DNA of 64,000 bases from Clostridia bacterium. Its GTDB lineage: Bacteria; Bacillota; Clostridia; Christensenellales; CAG-138. The DNA is taken from the NCBI GenBank assembly GCA_017614315.1, contig JAGACA010000018.1:11944-75943 (forward strand), given 5' to 3'. Position numbers and translations under genes: made by a program. The notes beneath the pieces are model-generated. The model made no database searches. It saw only the letters and a list, made by a program, of their open reading frames with translations, and was not told where the DNA came from. The stretch's first letter is position 1, and each line of letters opens with the position of its first letter. Shown here one piece after another: positions 1 through 10,271 of the stretch.

Positions 1-1210
1 GCTCCTCCATCGGCTCCATGAGACGGCCGTACTGGTCGTGCTTCATTATTACCTCGGGACGGGAAACCGCGAATTCGTAATTCTGGCGGCGCATGGTCTC
101 GATCAGTATCGAAAGATGCAGCTCGCCGCGGCCGGAGACCTTGAACGCCTCGGTGGAGTCGGTGTCCTCGACGCGCAGGGCGACGTTGGTCTCGACCTCT
201 TTATACAGCCTGTCGCGCAGATTGCGGCTGGTGACGTATTTGCCCTCCTTGCCGGCAAAGGGCGAGGAGTTGACCATGAAGTACATGGAAAGCGTCGGCT
301 CGTCGATGTGCACGAAGGGCAGCGGATCGAAGAACGCCGAGGCGCATATTGTCTCGCCTATCGAGAGCTCGCTGACGCCCGCGACGGCGACGATGTCGCC
401 CGCCGAGACCTCCTCTGCCTCGATTCGCTTCAAACCGTCGAAGCGGTAAAGCTTTGTCAGCTTCGCCTGCCTCGAGCCCGAGCCGGGAACGCCCACGCAT
501 ACCGGAACGCCCTTTTGGGCGACGCCGCGCTCAACGCGCCCGATACCTATCCTGCCGACATAATCGTCGTAATCGATGGCGGAGATGAGCACCTGCAGCG
601 GCAGTGTCTCGTCGCAGGCGGGAGCGGGAACGGCGGATATGATCGTCTCGAAAAGAGGCTGCATATCGGGAGAGAGCTCCTTGGGATCCATGCCCGAAAC
701 GCCGTCGCGCGCGGAGGCGTATACGATGGGGAAATCGAGCTGACTGTCGTCCGCGCCGAGCTCGATGAAGAGCGACAGCGTCTCGTCCGCGACCTCATAA
801 GGGCGGGCGCCGGGACGGTCGATCTTGTTGATGACAACGACGGGGACCTTTTTGAGCTCCAGCGCCTTCCTCAATACGAAACGCGTCTGGGGCATGCAGC
901 CCTCGAATGCGTCGACCATGAGGAGCACGCCGTCGACCATTTTGAGTATGCGCTCGACCTCGCCGCCGAAATCGGCATGGCCCGGAGTATCGACGATGTT
1001 GATGCGGTAATCCTTGTAATTGACCGCGGTGTTTTTGGAAAGTATTGTTATGCCGCGCTCGCGCTCGATGTCGTTGGAGTCCATTACGCGATCCTTGATC
1101 GCTTCGTTGGAGCGGAATACTCCGCTCTGCCTAAGGAGCTGATCGACGAGGGTCGTCTTGCCGTGATCGACATGCGCGATTATCGCGATATTCCTTATCT
1201 TATCGTTCAT
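1..1210 (-). CDS. typA: Translational GTPase TypA/BipA (5' portion of the gene; its 3' end runs off the window start)
   Basis: Reverse translation from the ATG at 1208-1210 gives [30 protein letters not shown]...[16 protein letters not shown], with G1 and G3 GTPase motifs. The frame stays open to position 1. The listed + ORF 38..1285 is its antisense shadow. Confidence 0.9.
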   Translation of the reverse strand, partial: MNDKIRNIAIIAHVDHGKTTLVDQLLRQSGVFRSNEAIKDRVMDSNDIERERGITILSKNTAVNYKDYRINIVDTPGHADFGGEVERILKMVDGVLLMVDAFEGCMPQTRFVLRKALELKKVPVVVINKIDRPGARPYEVADETLSLFIELGADDSQLDFPIVYASARDGVSGMDPKELSPDMQPLFETIISAVPAPACDETLPLQVLISAIDYDDYVGRIGIGRVERGVAQKGVPVCVGVPGSGSRQAKLTKLYRFDGLKRIEAEEVSAGDIVAVAGVSELSIGETICASAFFDPLPFVHIDEPTLSMYFMVNSSPFAGKEGKYVTSRNLRDRLYKEVETNVALRVEDTDSTEAFKVSGRGELHLSILIETMRRQNYEFAVSRPEVIMKHDQYGRLMEPMEE

Positions 1211-1296
1211 AAAAAAACCTCTTTGCGTTTTTGCTCACAAAGAGGTATTTTACAGCTGTTTTCGCGTAATTACAAGGGTTTTTGAAGATTATATTA

Positions 1297-2307
1297 TCAG
1301 CCGCCGATGAACTGTAAGGCGACGAATCCGGCATAGATCAGAAGGAGGGTCAAACCCTGCCATCTTTTGAGCTTACCGGAGATGAGCGCGGGCAGCGTCA
1401 GGAGCCCCATCACGAGGAACATGACCGGAAGATCGACGACGAGGCTCGCATTCATGCCGCCGATCAGCTTGCCGTCGGGAAGCGCGAAGGGCTTGATCGT
1501 GATCGCGGTGCCGCATACGAGGACGATATTGAATATGTTCGCGCCGATGACGTTGCCGAGCGAGAGCGCGCCGTGTCCCTTGATGAGCGAGGTTATGGCG
1601 GTGACGAGCTCGGGCAGACTCGTGCCGAGCGCGACGAAAGTGAGCGCGATGACCGTGTCGGGCACGTTAAGCGCCTTTGCGATGACCGTGCCGTTATCGA
1701 CGAGGAAGTTCGCGCCGACGGCGATCAGCGCCGCGCCGATGATGAGGAGTATAATGCTCTTCGGCGTGGAGAGCTCCTTGCCGCCCGCTTCTTCCTCCTC
1801 CGCCTCCTCGGGATGCTTTTTCGCGTGGATGACGGTGACGACCATATAGACGACGAACATCGCGAGCAGTATAATGCCGACGATCCTCGAAAAATAGCCC
1901 GCGAAATACGCAATGCACGCGTAGAACACCGCCGCGATGAAGAAGCATGCGACGGGCAGCGAGAGCGCCTTTTTGTTGACGAGGGCGGGGCGCACGGCGA
2001 CCGTGACCGCGGCGATGAGCGCAGTGTTGCAGATGACGGAGCCGATGGCGTTGCCGTAGGCGATGTCGCCCATGCCCTTTGCGGCGCCCGTAGCCGAGAC
2101 CATGACCTCGGGCAGAGTCGTGCCGATCGAAACTATCGTCGCGCCGATAAGAAGCTCGGGCACGCGGAACTTTTTGGCTATGCCGACGGAGCCGTCGACG
2201 AACCAGTCGCCGCCCTTGATGAGCGCGGCAAGACCGATAACAAAGAGCACCACGGCGCCGACGATGCCGAACTTACCGTATGCCCAGTCGGAAACGAATT
2301 GAAGCAT
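1297..2307 (-). CDS. Calcium/sodium antiporter (CaCA / YrbG family membrane protein)
   Basis: 336 aa polytopic membrane protein with two alpha-repeat motifs (GNAIGSVICN... and GNVIGANIFNI) and GTSLPE signatures. Confidence 0.85.
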   Translation of the reverse strand: MLQFVSDWAYGKFGIVGAVVLFVIGLAALIKGGDWFVDGSVGIAKKFRVPELLIGATIVSIGTTLPEVMVSATGAAKGMGDIAYGNAIGSVICNTALIAAVTVAVRPALVNKKALSLPVACFFIAAVFYACIAYFAGYFSRIVGIILLAMFVVYMVVTVIHAKKHPEEAEEEEAGGKELSTPKSIILLIIGAALIAVGANFLVDNGTVIAKALNVPDTVIALTFVALGTSLPELVTAITSLIKGHGALSLGNVIGANIFNIVLVCGTAITIKPFALPDGKLIGGMNASLVVDLPVMFLVMGLLTLPALISGKLKRWQGLTLLLIYAGFVALQFIGG

Positions 2308-2439
2308 GTTTCATCCTCCGGTGTTGTTTCGCGGGTATGATAACACTTCGAAGGGGATTTGTCAATCGCGGTTTTCGCGGGACACGCGCCCCTTTGAACC
2401 GTGATTTTTCTTACAAATAAAGACAAAACCACATGTTTG

Positions 2440-2468
2440 TTGATTTGTCCGTATAAATGTGCTATAAT
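2440..2468 (+). promoter_or_regulatory. Sigma-A type promoter (TTGATT, 17 nt spacer, extended -10 TGcTATAAT) for tcdA
   Basis: TTGATT at 2440-2445 and TG-c-TATAAT at 2460-2468. Confidence 0.5.
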
Positions 2469-2503
2469 TATAATAGGTGATTATCCGCAAGGGAGGTTTC
2501 GGT

Positions 2504-3235
2504 TTGAAGGAGAGCTTTTACCGCACGGCGATGCTCCTCGGCGAGGACGCCTTAAAGACCCTTTCGAATGCGCATGCCGCGGTGTTCGGCGTCGGCGGAG
2601 TGGGCGGTCACGCCTGCGACGCGCTGTGCCGCTGTGGGGTCGGACGGCTGACGATCGTCGACTGCGCAGTCGTTAAGGAAAGCAATCTGAACCGACAGAT
2701 CTGCGCGGAGAAATCGACGATCGGGCTTAAAAAGGTCGAGGCCATGGCGCGGCACATAAGAGCCGTTTCGGACGCCTTCGTCTGCCCCGTCGACGCCTTC
2801 GTCACCGCCGACAACGCCGCCGCGCTCGTCCCCGACGACGCATCGGTCGTTATCGACGCCGTGGACAATGTTACCGCGAAGCTCGCCCTTATCACATACT
2901 GCGTCGGAAAAGGAATACCCGTCATCTCATCGATGGGAGCGGGGAACCGTTTGGATCCGACGCGCGTGAAGATCGGCGATATTTATAAGACCTCCGTCGA
3001 CCCGCTTTCCCGCGTTATGAGAAGGGAGCTGAAAGCCCGCGGAATAAAGCGTCTGACCGTTGCCTGGTCGGACGAGGAGCCGACGGAACCCGTCTTTTCG
3101 GCTCCCGACCCGGACTCCGTCAAGCCGTCCCCCGGCTCGACGCCTTTCGTGCCCGCGGCGTTCGGACTTGCGCTCGCATCCGAAGCCGTGAAGATTATTT
3201 TGAAAAAGGATGATACGAATAATGAAAAGATTTAG
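2504..3235 (+). CDS. tcdA: tRNA threonylcarbamoyladenosine dehydratase (ThiF/MoeB-like E1 fold, TcdA/CsdL)
   Basis: GVGGVGGH Rossmann motif and ThiF-like layout. A TTG start at 2504 lies 7 nt after AAGGGAGG. The GTG at 2477 sits too close to the predicted -10 box. Confidence 0.8.
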   Translation: MKESFYRTAMLLGEDALKTLSNAHAAVFGVGGVGGHACDALCRCGVGRLTIVDCAVVKESNLNRQICAEKSTIGLKKVEAMARHIRAVSDAFVCPVDAFVTADNAAALVPDDASVVIDAVDNVTAKLALITYCVGKGIPVISSMGAGNRLDPTRVKIGDIYKTSVDPLSRVMRRELKARGIKRLTVAWSDEEPTEPVFSAPDPDSVKPSPGSTPFVPAAFGLALASEAVKIILKKDDTNNEKI

Positions 3236-5300
3236 ATCAAAAGGAAAGGTATTGGCGTTCGTGCTCGCGTTCGCGCTGGCGCTCGCGTGCTTTACGCCCC
3301 TTGCGGTGTTCGCAAAGGGTATAAGCATTAAGGCGCTTGGCGGGAACGACGAGTTCAGAAGACCTACGCCGCCTCCGACGGATTACGATTTTTCGACAAT
3401 CCGCGTGCTCATCACGATAGGCTCCACGTCATCCATTGACGTCGATCTCGGCACGGATTACGTGCTTGAGGGCACGAACACGACTATCTCCGGCACGATG
3501 AGCTCGCCCGTTCCCGTCACGATCTCGAAGACCTCCTCCGGCAAGGTCAAGATGACCAACCGCTCGACGGGCGCGGTCATCCGTGAGGCGTCGGACATAA
3601 GGCTCACCCGCGTCGACCAGAACTATGAGCTGGGCATGCTGAAGCTCGTTTCCTGCGCTTCGGACTCCACCCAGGGACGCATGTACCTCGGCAATTTCCG
3701 CTTCTTCGTCAAGGATTCGACGCTGATGATGGTCAACACCGTACCGATGGCGTATTACATTTACGGCGTCGTCGGATATGAGCTGAATCCCTACTGCGAG
3801 GACGAGGCTCTCCGCGCGCAGGCGATCGCAGCCAAGGCGCACGGCATTTATTACATCGACTCCGCTCCCGATTCGACGTACGACATCAAGGACGGCTATT
3901 CGAGCGCGCAGTATCAGGCTTACCGCGGCTTCCGCGAGAACCGTTTGCCCACGATGCGCCACTGCCTTGACGTGGTCGGCATCACCATTGCATATCAGGA
4001 CAGCTTCGTGCCCATTTGCTATGCGCACTCCAACGGCGGCGAAACGAGCCTGCCCTCGTTCGTGTTCGGTTCGAGCTGCCAGTGGTATGACGCGGCCTAC
4101 GGCGTGGCGATCGACGATATCGAATTCGACGAGTACACCGATGATACCGACACGATCAACGTGACCTTCGGCGGCACCGGCGACAACAGCCGCTTCCGCG
4201 ATTTCATACTTAAAAAGATCAGCTCGCTTTACGGCGTAAATGCGACTAAACTAAGATCCATCATCGAGCTTTACGCCTTCGATCCCATCGAGGGCACTGA
4301 GAGGCACATGCAGCAGCTCCACGTCAAGGCCAAGGTCAAGACCGGCGACGGCGACAAGACCTATACCTTCGAGTGTCCCACTTCGCATTTGAGATCCTTC
4401 GCGCTGACCGACGTCGACGGCTCGGGCGACGATTATTCGAGCTATAAATACGTGTTCAAGAAGTCCCGCCTCATCTATTGGGGCAAGGAGACCTCGGGCG
4501 GATACACCCTTATCTATTCCGGCCACGGTCACGGAGTGGGGCTCTCGCAGATGGGCGCGAACATCAGGGCGAACCCCGCGACTTACGCCTGGACTTACCA
4601 GGAGATACTCAATTTCTACTATCCGAACTTCGACATAATCACGATCACCGAGCGTAATCCCGACGGCACGCTCCCGTCCCCGCCCGACGATCCCTTCGTC
4701 GTCGGCCCTGACGCCGTCGCGTACGGTATCTGCACCGCGGACGGCACGAATTTCCGGTCCGGTCCGGGTACGGAATACTCCATAATCGCCACCGTCAATA
4801 AGGATGAGCATTTCGACATATTCGACGTGAGCTCAAACGGCTGGTTCAAAGCGTGGTACAAGGGACTTAACGGATACATATCGTTGGATCTTTCCTATGT
4901 GACCGGCTTCCCCTCCCCCGCCGACGGCGTGTTCACGCTGATGGACGGCACGACGAACGGCTCCGTGAACCTGCGTTCAGAACCGTATATAAGGGACGGG
5001 AACGTGATAACGAGGCTTCCCAACAAGACCAAGGTGACGGCGTGGGCTCATATCAACAAATGGTATTACGTCACCACCGACAACGGGTACGAGGGGTTCC
5101 TGAGCAATCTGACAACGACCTACGGCGATCCGTATGAATACACCGGCGTCGCGTCGATATCGCCGAGATCGCCCGAGAGCTATAACCCGTTCATCTATAT
5201 GCATATGGTCCTGACGCCTTTTCCCCAGCCGGAACCGACCGATCCGCGCATACGCTTCCCCGGGAAACGCGGAACAGGCGAATGTGACAGCGACAGCTGA
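3222..5300 (+). CDS. SpoIID/LytB-domain protein with signal peptide and C-terminal SH3b-like repeats
   Basis: Signal peptide (LAFVLAFALALACFTPLAVFA), SpoIID hallmark GHGHGVGLSQMGA, and two SH3b-like segments (GTNFRSGPGTEYS...GWFKAWYKGLNGYI; VNLRSEPYIRDG...KWYYVTTDNGYEGF). The start could also be 3210. Confidence 0.8.
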   Translation: MKRFRSKGKVLAFVLAFALALACFTPLAVFAKGISIKALGGNDEFRRPTPPPTDYDFSTIRVLITIGSTSSIDVDLGTDYVLEGTNTTISGTMSSPVPVTISKTSSGKVKMTNRSTGAVIREASDIRLTRVDQNYELGMLKLVSCASDSTQGRMYLGNFRFFVKDSTLMMVNTVPMAYYIYGVVGYELNPYCEDEALRAQAIAAKAHGIYYIDSAPDSTYDIKDGYSSAQYQAYRGFRENRLPTMRHCLDVVGITIAYQDSFVPICYAHSNGGETSLPSFVFGSSCQWYDAAYGVAIDDIEFDEYTDDTDTINVTFGGTGDNSRFRDFILKKISSLYGVNATKLRSIIELYAFDPIEGTERHMQQLHVKAKVKTGDGDKTYTFECPTSHLRSFALTDVDGSGDDYSSYKYVFKKSRLIYWGKETSGGYTLIYSGHGHGVGLSQMGANIRANPATYAWTYQEILNFYYPNFDIITITERNPDGTLPSPPDDPFVVGPDAVAYGICTADGTNFRSGPGTEYSIIATVNKDEHFDIFDVSSNGWFKAWYKGLNGYISLDLSYVTGFPSPADGVFTLMDGTTNGSVNLRSEPYIRDGNVITRLPNKTKVTAWAHINKWYYVTTDNGYEGFLSNLTTTYGDPYEYTGVASISPRSPESYNPFIYMHMVLTPFPQPEPTDPRIRFPGKRGTGECDSDS

Positions 5301-5331
5301 ACCCGATACGACTTAAAACGAGGTAACCGAT

Positions 5332-6267
5332 ATGAAAAAGCTGAATCGAAAATACGTTGTGGGCGTTTTGATCCCGGCCATTTTTATCGGGATACTCATT
5401 GTCCTGTTCATCGTGACGGGCATCGTTTATACCCAGGTGTTCAAGCGCTTCGATAAGGAACCGGAAACCGGCTATTCCTCGCGCGAGGAGTTCACGTTCA
5501 TGAGCGGTGAGAACAAGCTCACCGGGTTCCTCTACGGCCGCGGCGCGAGCGATCTGATAGTTTTCGTATCCGGCTTCCGCGCGATCCAGGACGACTATCT
5601 GCCCCTTGTAAAGGCGCTGATCGCAGAGGATTTCGCCGTGTTCACGTTCGATCCGACGGGCGTAGGCAGGAGCGAGGGCGAGGATCAGGTAAGCTACGCC
5701 CAGATCGTTCACGACCTTGACGCCTGCCTTGATTTCATCGACGAGAACGGTCATTTCGGATGCACCCGCATTTCGATCGTCGGACATTCGCGCGGCGGCT
5801 TTGCCGCGTGCATGGAAGCGTCGAGGGTGGATTCCGTCGTCGCCGCGGGAGGGCTTGCAAGCAACATGGACGGAGTCCTTCACGGTGCGTACACCAAGGT
5901 CGGCGGCCTCGCCTATCTAAACTATCCGATGCTTTGGCTTTGGCAGACGGCGAAGTTCGGTCAGACAGACACAAATATGGACGCCATAACCGCGCTTATG
6001 AGCTGCGATACCGACGTCCTTATAATACAGGGCACGCTTGACGAGTCCGTTCCGAAGAACCGTTTCTCGCTGTTCTCGAAGATCGCGGGCGTTATGAGCA
6101 ACGCCTCCGTCGTGCAGAAGCTGGTGCCGTACGGTCACGTCGACATGCTCTATACGGAAAGCGGCGCGAATCCCGAGACCGTACAGCTGATAACCAAGTT
6201 CATAAGGTTCAACGACATGAAGTATATGGAGCTTCCGATGGAGGCTCCCCTGCGGTCGGCTGCATAG
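5332..6267 (+). CDS. Membrane-anchored alpha/beta hydrolase
   Basis: N-terminal TM helix and nucleophile elbow GHSRGG, with an alpha/beta-fold length of 311 aa. Confidence 0.75.
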   Translation: MKKLNRKYVVGVLIPAIFIGILIVLFIVTGIVYTQVFKRFDKEPETGYSSREEFTFMSGENKLTGFLYGRGASDLIVFVSGFRAIQDDYLPLVKALIAEDFAVFTFDPTGVGRSEGEDQVSYAQIVHDLDACLDFIDENGHFGCTRISIVGHSRGGFAACMEASRVDSVVAAGGLASNMDGVLHGAYTKVGGLAYLNYPMLWLWQTAKFGQTDTNMDAITALMSCDTDVLIIQGTLDESVPKNRFSLFSKIAGVMSNASVVQKLVPYGHVDMLYTESGANPETVQLITKFIRFNDMKYMELPMEAPLRSAA

Positions 6268-6274
6268 GATCTGC

Positions 6275-6952
6275 TCACGGAACGTTCGTGGGGATGAGGT
6301 TCAGCATGTCGTCCTCGTTCGCGACGTTCGTATAGACCTGTGGCACCCTGCCCGCTATCACCGTTTCGGCTATCGGAACGGTGTTTTTTATTTCGATCAG
6401 TTCGTCCCGCCCCGCAAGTATAACGCGGATGCGCACCGTAAGTATGACGCTGACCGTGAAAAGGCTTTGATTGATCCCTGCCGATCTCAGGCTCGCCGCG
6501 CTCTGGGCGTGGACGGCGCCGATCGGCTTGAACCTGACCGTGATCGGGCGACCCTCGCCCGTGAGCGGGACGAGGCCGGTAACAGTTCCCGTTTCTATGC
6601 TCGCGCCGATCCTGCCGAGCGACGCGAGCGCCTCATCCGCGCGCGCGACCGTTTCGGTTATGAACCGTCCGAGACTGACCGTGTCGGCGTTGATAATGAA
6701 CGCCTCATCGTCGAGCTTCGTCACCGAAAGGAAGCCCTCCTCCAGCCCGGCGAGCGTCTCCGCGGCGGCGAGGTTCAGCGCCCTTTCCGCGACCTCGCGC
6801 ACGCGTTCCGATGCGGCAAGGGCAAGATACGAGTCAGTCCTCTTTACCGCCGCAGCGGCGAGGATCAGAATTGCCAAGAGTCCCGCCGCAAGCGGTATCA
6901 GAACGCCGCGCGCGCCGCGCTTTCTGCGCCTTTTTATCACCGTATCAGCCAT
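6275..6952 (-). CDS. yunB: Sporulation protein YunB
   Basis: N-terminal basic region plus a TM helix. The C-terminal block ...RSAGINQSLFTVSVILTVRIRVI... is typical of YunB. The start is taken at MADTVIKRRRK. Confidence 0.7.
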   Translation of the reverse strand: MADTVIKRRRKRGARGVLIPLAAGLLAILILAAAAVKRTDSYLALAASERVREVAERALNLAAAETLAGLEEGFLSVTKLDDEAFIINADTVSLGRFITETVARADEALASLGRIGASIETGTVTGLVPLTGEGRPITVRFKPIGAVHAQSAASLRSAGINQSLFTVSVILTVRIRVILAGRDELIEIKNTVPIAETVIAGRVPQVYTNVANEDDMLNLIPTNVP

Positions 6953-8787
6953 ATTAACGCCATCCTCGAAAGATTGATAAGCACGGTCAGTATCACACCG
7001 AGCGCCGAGGGTATCAGGAACGCGGCCAGCGTCCACTTGAATGAGCCGGTTTCCCGGCGGATGGTCAGGAGCGTCGTCATACAGGGCGAATGGAAGAGCA
7101 TGAGTATTATCGCCTCGAGCGCCGTGAACGCCGTCCAGCCGTTAGCGGTCAGCACTGATGCTATGCCGCCCGAGCCGTTATAGAGCGCGAGCGTGAGAGG
7201 CATCACGAGCTCGTTCGCGGGAAGCCCCATTATGAACGCCGCGAGCACCTTACCGTCAAGCCCCATCAGTCTGCCCACGGGATCGAGAAAGCCCGTTACG
7301 CTTTCGATTGGCGCCGTTCCGTTCACTGGGTACATGAGAAGCCAGATGACGATCCCCGCGGGGAACGCCGCCATCGCTGCCCTGCCGAGCACGAAAAGCG
7401 TTCTGTCGAGGAGCGATCTTATTATCACCCGCCCGACATTCGGCTTTCTGAACGGCGGAAGCTCCAAGACGAACGAGTTCTGCTGCCCTTTTAAGAGCGT
7501 CCGCGAGAGTATGAACGTCACGAAGAACACGGCGAGTACCGAAAGCAGTACGAACAGGGTAAGTATCAGCGCGCCCTCTATCCCCGCCGCCGCTCCGCCC
7601 GCCGTCATGAATACGGCGATAAGCGCGGTGAGCGTCGGGAACCTGCCGTTGCACGGCACGAGCGAGTTCGTGAGTATCGCGAGCTTCCTCTCGCGGCCGT
7701 TTTCGATTATGCGGCAGCCCACTACGCCCGCCGCGTTGCAGCCGAAGCCCATGCAGGTCGTCAGCGCCATCTTGCCGCAGCCGCCGCAGCGTGCGAAAGG
7801 CCTGTCGAGGTTGAACGCTATCCTCGGAAGGAGCCCGAGATCCTCAAGGAGAGTGAACAGCGGGAAGAATATCGCCATGGGAGGGAGCATTACCGATACG
7901 ACCGTGAAAAGCGTGCCGAGCCCGCCGTCGACGATGATGCCGGTGAACGTTTCCGACGCGCCGAGCTTGACGAACGCCGCGCGGATCGCAGTTTTCAGCG
8001 CGACGAGCGCCTTCGACAGGAGCTCCGAAGGCCAGTTGGCGCCGACCATTGTTATGAAAAACACGACCGCGAGCATGAGGAGCATCGAGACGACGCCCGT
8101 GACCCTGCCCGTCAGAAAGCGGTCGAGCTTCATCCGCCTTGCCGAGACCGCGTCCCTGTCCCTTTTGACAGCCTTTCCCGCTATCTCCTCGGCCTCCCGC
8201 CACATGGGACGCGCGGGATCGTCGGGCTTTTCCCGTTCCGTCTTCGCGTGCTTTTCCGCGGCGCGGATTATCGCCGCCTTGAGCTCCTCCGTGCCCGTGC
8301 CTGCGGAAGCGCTCGTTGCGACCGCCTCTACGCCGAGAAGTCTCCCGAGCTCGTCGGTATCGACGAACACGCCCCTCTTTTTCGCCTCGTCCATAAGGTT
8401 CACCGCGACGACGGCGTTTTCGGAATATGGGAGCGCCTGAAGGACGAGGTTCAGGCTTCGTTCCATGTTCGAAGCGTCGCAGACGAACACGACGACGTCC
8501 GCCTTGCCGGACATGAGAAAGTCCCGCGCCGTGACCTCCTCGGGCGAAGTCGCGCCGAGGGAATAGATGCCGGGCAGGTCGTAGAGCGCGACGCGTTTTT
8601 TCGCGCGGCGCATGAAGCCCGCCGCCGTGTCGACCGTCTTGCCCGTCCAATTGCCCGTATGTCTGTCGAGCCCCGTCAGGGCGTTGAAGAGCGTGCTCTT
8701 GCCAACGTTGGGATTGCCCAAAAAGGCGCAGTTTATCTCCGCGCCGAACCTGCGCCTTCTGCCCTCGCGCTCACGCGTCAAGCCCAT
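6937..8787 (-). CDS. feoB: Ferrous iron transporter FeoB
   Basis: N-terminal G-domain (GNPNVGKSTLFNALTG, DLPGIYSL) followed by a polytopic permease. 616 aa. Confidence 0.92.
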   Translation of the reverse strand: MGLTREREGRRRRFGAEINCAFLGNPNVGKSTLFNALTGLDRHTGNWTGKTVDTAAGFMRRAKKRVALYDLPGIYSLGATSPEEVTARDFLMSGKADVVVFVCDASNMERSLNLVLQALPYSENAVVAVNLMDEAKKRGVFVDTDELGRLLGVEAVATSASAGTGTEELKAAIIRAAEKHAKTEREKPDDPARPMWREAEEIAGKAVKRDRDAVSARRMKLDRFLTGRVTGVVSMLLMLAVVFFITMVGANWPSELLSKALVALKTAIRAAFVKLGASETFTGIIVDGGLGTLFTVVSVMLPPMAIFFPLFTLLEDLGLLPRIAFNLDRPFARCGGCGKMALTTCMGFGCNAAGVVGCRIIENGRERKLAILTNSLVPCNGRFPTLTALIAVFMTAGGAAAGIEGALILTLFVLLSVLAVFFVTFILSRTLLKGQQNSFVLELPPFRKPNVGRVIIRSLLDRTLFVLGRAAMAAFPAGIVIWLLMYPVNGTAPIESVTGFLDPVGRLMGLDGKVLAAFIMGLPANELVMPLTLALYNGSGGIASVLTANGWTAFTALEAIILMLFHSPCMTTLLTIRRETGSFKWTLAAFLIPSALGVILTVLINLSRMALIWLIR

Positions 8788-9017
8788 GTGCCGCCTCCGA
8801 CGATGATATGCTTTGCGTCCTCGGCCCTTATAGCGATCACCGAGCCGCGCACCGCGTACGCCGTGGGATCACCGCATGGCGCGGAGAAAAGGCGGCTGAT
8901 CGTGACGCCCTCGGTCACGCCGAGAGATTCGAGCCTTTCCCTTGTCGCCGAATCGATAAGTCTTATCACGCGCGCGAACCCGTAAGGCTTGATCCTGTCG
9001 AGTCCCGTTTCGCACAT
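8778..9017 (-). CDS. feoA: FeoA family iron transport protein
   Basis: Small SH3-like protein (LESLGVTEGVTI...G) overlapping the feoB start. AAGGAGG lies 8 nt upstream of the ATG at 9017. Confidence 0.85.
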   Translation of the reverse strand: MCETGLDRIKPYGFARVIRLIDSATRERLESLGVTEGVTISRLFSAPCGDPTAYAVRGSVIAIRAEDAKHIIVGGGTWA

Positions 9018-9096
9018 AGCTGCCGCCTCCTTTTTCCGCATTGCTGTTATATGACTATGTAAGAATGGCTTTTAATGTTAAAAGCGGATGGTGCAA

Positions 9097-9165
9097 GTCA
9101 GGAGTGAGGAATGAGGAATGACGTCAACTCCTGACTCCTAACTCCTAATTCCTAACTCTTAACAG
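9097..9165. repeat. Palindromic intergenic repeat built of GGAGT/AACTCCT-type units (copy A of a dispersed family)
   Basis: gtcaggagtgaggaatgaggaatgacgtcaactcctgactcctaactcctaattcctaactcttaacag. The purine-rich left arm is complementary to the pyrimidine-rich right arm. Confidence 0.7.
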
Positions 9166-9194
9166 TTGACAGCAATTCATAAATAAGGTAAGAT
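9166..9194 (+). promoter_or_regulatory. Sigma-A type promoter (TTGACA, 17 nt spacer, TAAGAT)
   Basis: TTGACA at 9166-9171 and TAAGAT at 9189-9194. Confidence 0.45.
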
Positions 9195-9227
9195 ATAATG
9201 TGGGTATATATCCGAAAGGGACTTTAC

Positions 9228-10271
9228 GTGAAAACTGGTTTTAAGATACTCATACTCATCGGCGTAACGCTGATCGCGTTCGGACTGTCGTTCATATCGC
9301 AGGCGCTTCTTCTGCCGTTCCTCGTTCTCACGGCCTTCATGGCCGCCGAGTGGGGCTTGTGGTATGCGCTGCCCGTCGCCGGCGCGGTTGCCGCGGGATC
9401 GTTCATATCCTTCGGGACGGATCCCGGCGGGCTCGCCTCGCTCGCGATGCTTCTGGCCGCGCTCGTCGTTATGATCGTTTACGGCAAAAAACGTTTCCCG
9501 CACAGGTACTGCATACTCGCTTTGACCGCGGTGCTGACCGTCGGGATGTATCTTGCGATGACCCTGACCTCCATTCTGAACGGGCAAAAGCCCCATGCCG
9601 AGGTCGTCGCGTTCTTCACCGAAACGATCGCCGAGCCTCTGACATCCCTGCTCGCGGCGGACGCGGCGGCGGAGGCGTCGCTCGCCGAGTACTTCTCCGA
9701 GCTCGAGAGCCTGATACCAGACATCCTCATGCCGATGTCCCTTCTCACTGCGGAGCTTTACGCCCTGTTGATGATACTGCTTTACAGGCTGTTTTCGAAG
9801 ATGTTCCGTGTCGAGCCCGCGCCCATGGCGAAGCTTTCCGAGTGGAGGCTGCCGCGGACGGCGCATTGGGGGAGCCTTATACTCATCGCCATCATCGCGG
9901 CGTGCTGTATAATCGGCTTCGAGCGCGCGGCGGCGATCGCCCTGTCGCTCGGGATACCCATCGTTTCGATGTTTGCGCTGCAGGGATTCTGCTTTCTGCT
10001 GTTCATGCTCTCGGTGCCCAACGCGCCGAAGTTCATGCGCATACTGCTGTTCGTTTTCACGCTGATACTTTTCCCGTACAGCCTCGTGTTCCTGATGTTC
10101 TTCGGGATATCGGAGCAGGTGAGGCCGAGGCGGGCGCAGATCGTGAAGATGCTTGACGACATGGCGCGCGAGGAAGAGGAGCGCCGCGAGGAGGACGAGC
10201 TCGATAAGTACGGCTATATCCGAGGCGACAGAAAAAACGACGACGAAAATAACGACAAGGAGAACGAATAA
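9228..10271 (+). CDS. DUF2232 (YybS-like) integral membrane protein with acidic C-terminal tail
   Basis: Polytopic membrane protein located directly upstream of rplI-dnaB, the position YybS occupies in Firmicutes. A GTG at 9228 follows AAAGGGA. The ATG at 9198 lies at the predicted transcription start. Confidence 0.7.
   Translation: MKTGFKILILIGVTLIAFGLSFISQALLLPFLVLTAFMAAEWGLWYALPVAGAVAAGSFISFGTDPGGLASLAMLLAALVVMIVYGKKRFPHRYCILALTAVLTVGMYLAMTLTSILNGQKPHAEVVAFFTETIAEPLTSLLAADAAAEASLAEYFSELESLIPDILMPMSLLTAELYALLMILLYRLFSKMFRVEPAPMAKLSEWRLPRTAHWGSLILIAIIAACCIIGFERAAAIALSLGIPIVSMFALQGFCFLLFMLSVPNAPKFMRILLFVFTLILFPYSLVFLMFFGISEQVRPRRAQIVKMLDDMAREEEERREEDELDKYGYIRGDRKNDDENNDKENE

Noticed and set aside
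38-1285. 415-aa + strand ORF at the window start
   Set aside because: It is the antisense shadow of typA. The minus strand gives a textbook GTPase N-terminus, whereas the + ORF is Arg/Gly/Asp-rich with no motifs, as is typical for high-GC antisense frames.
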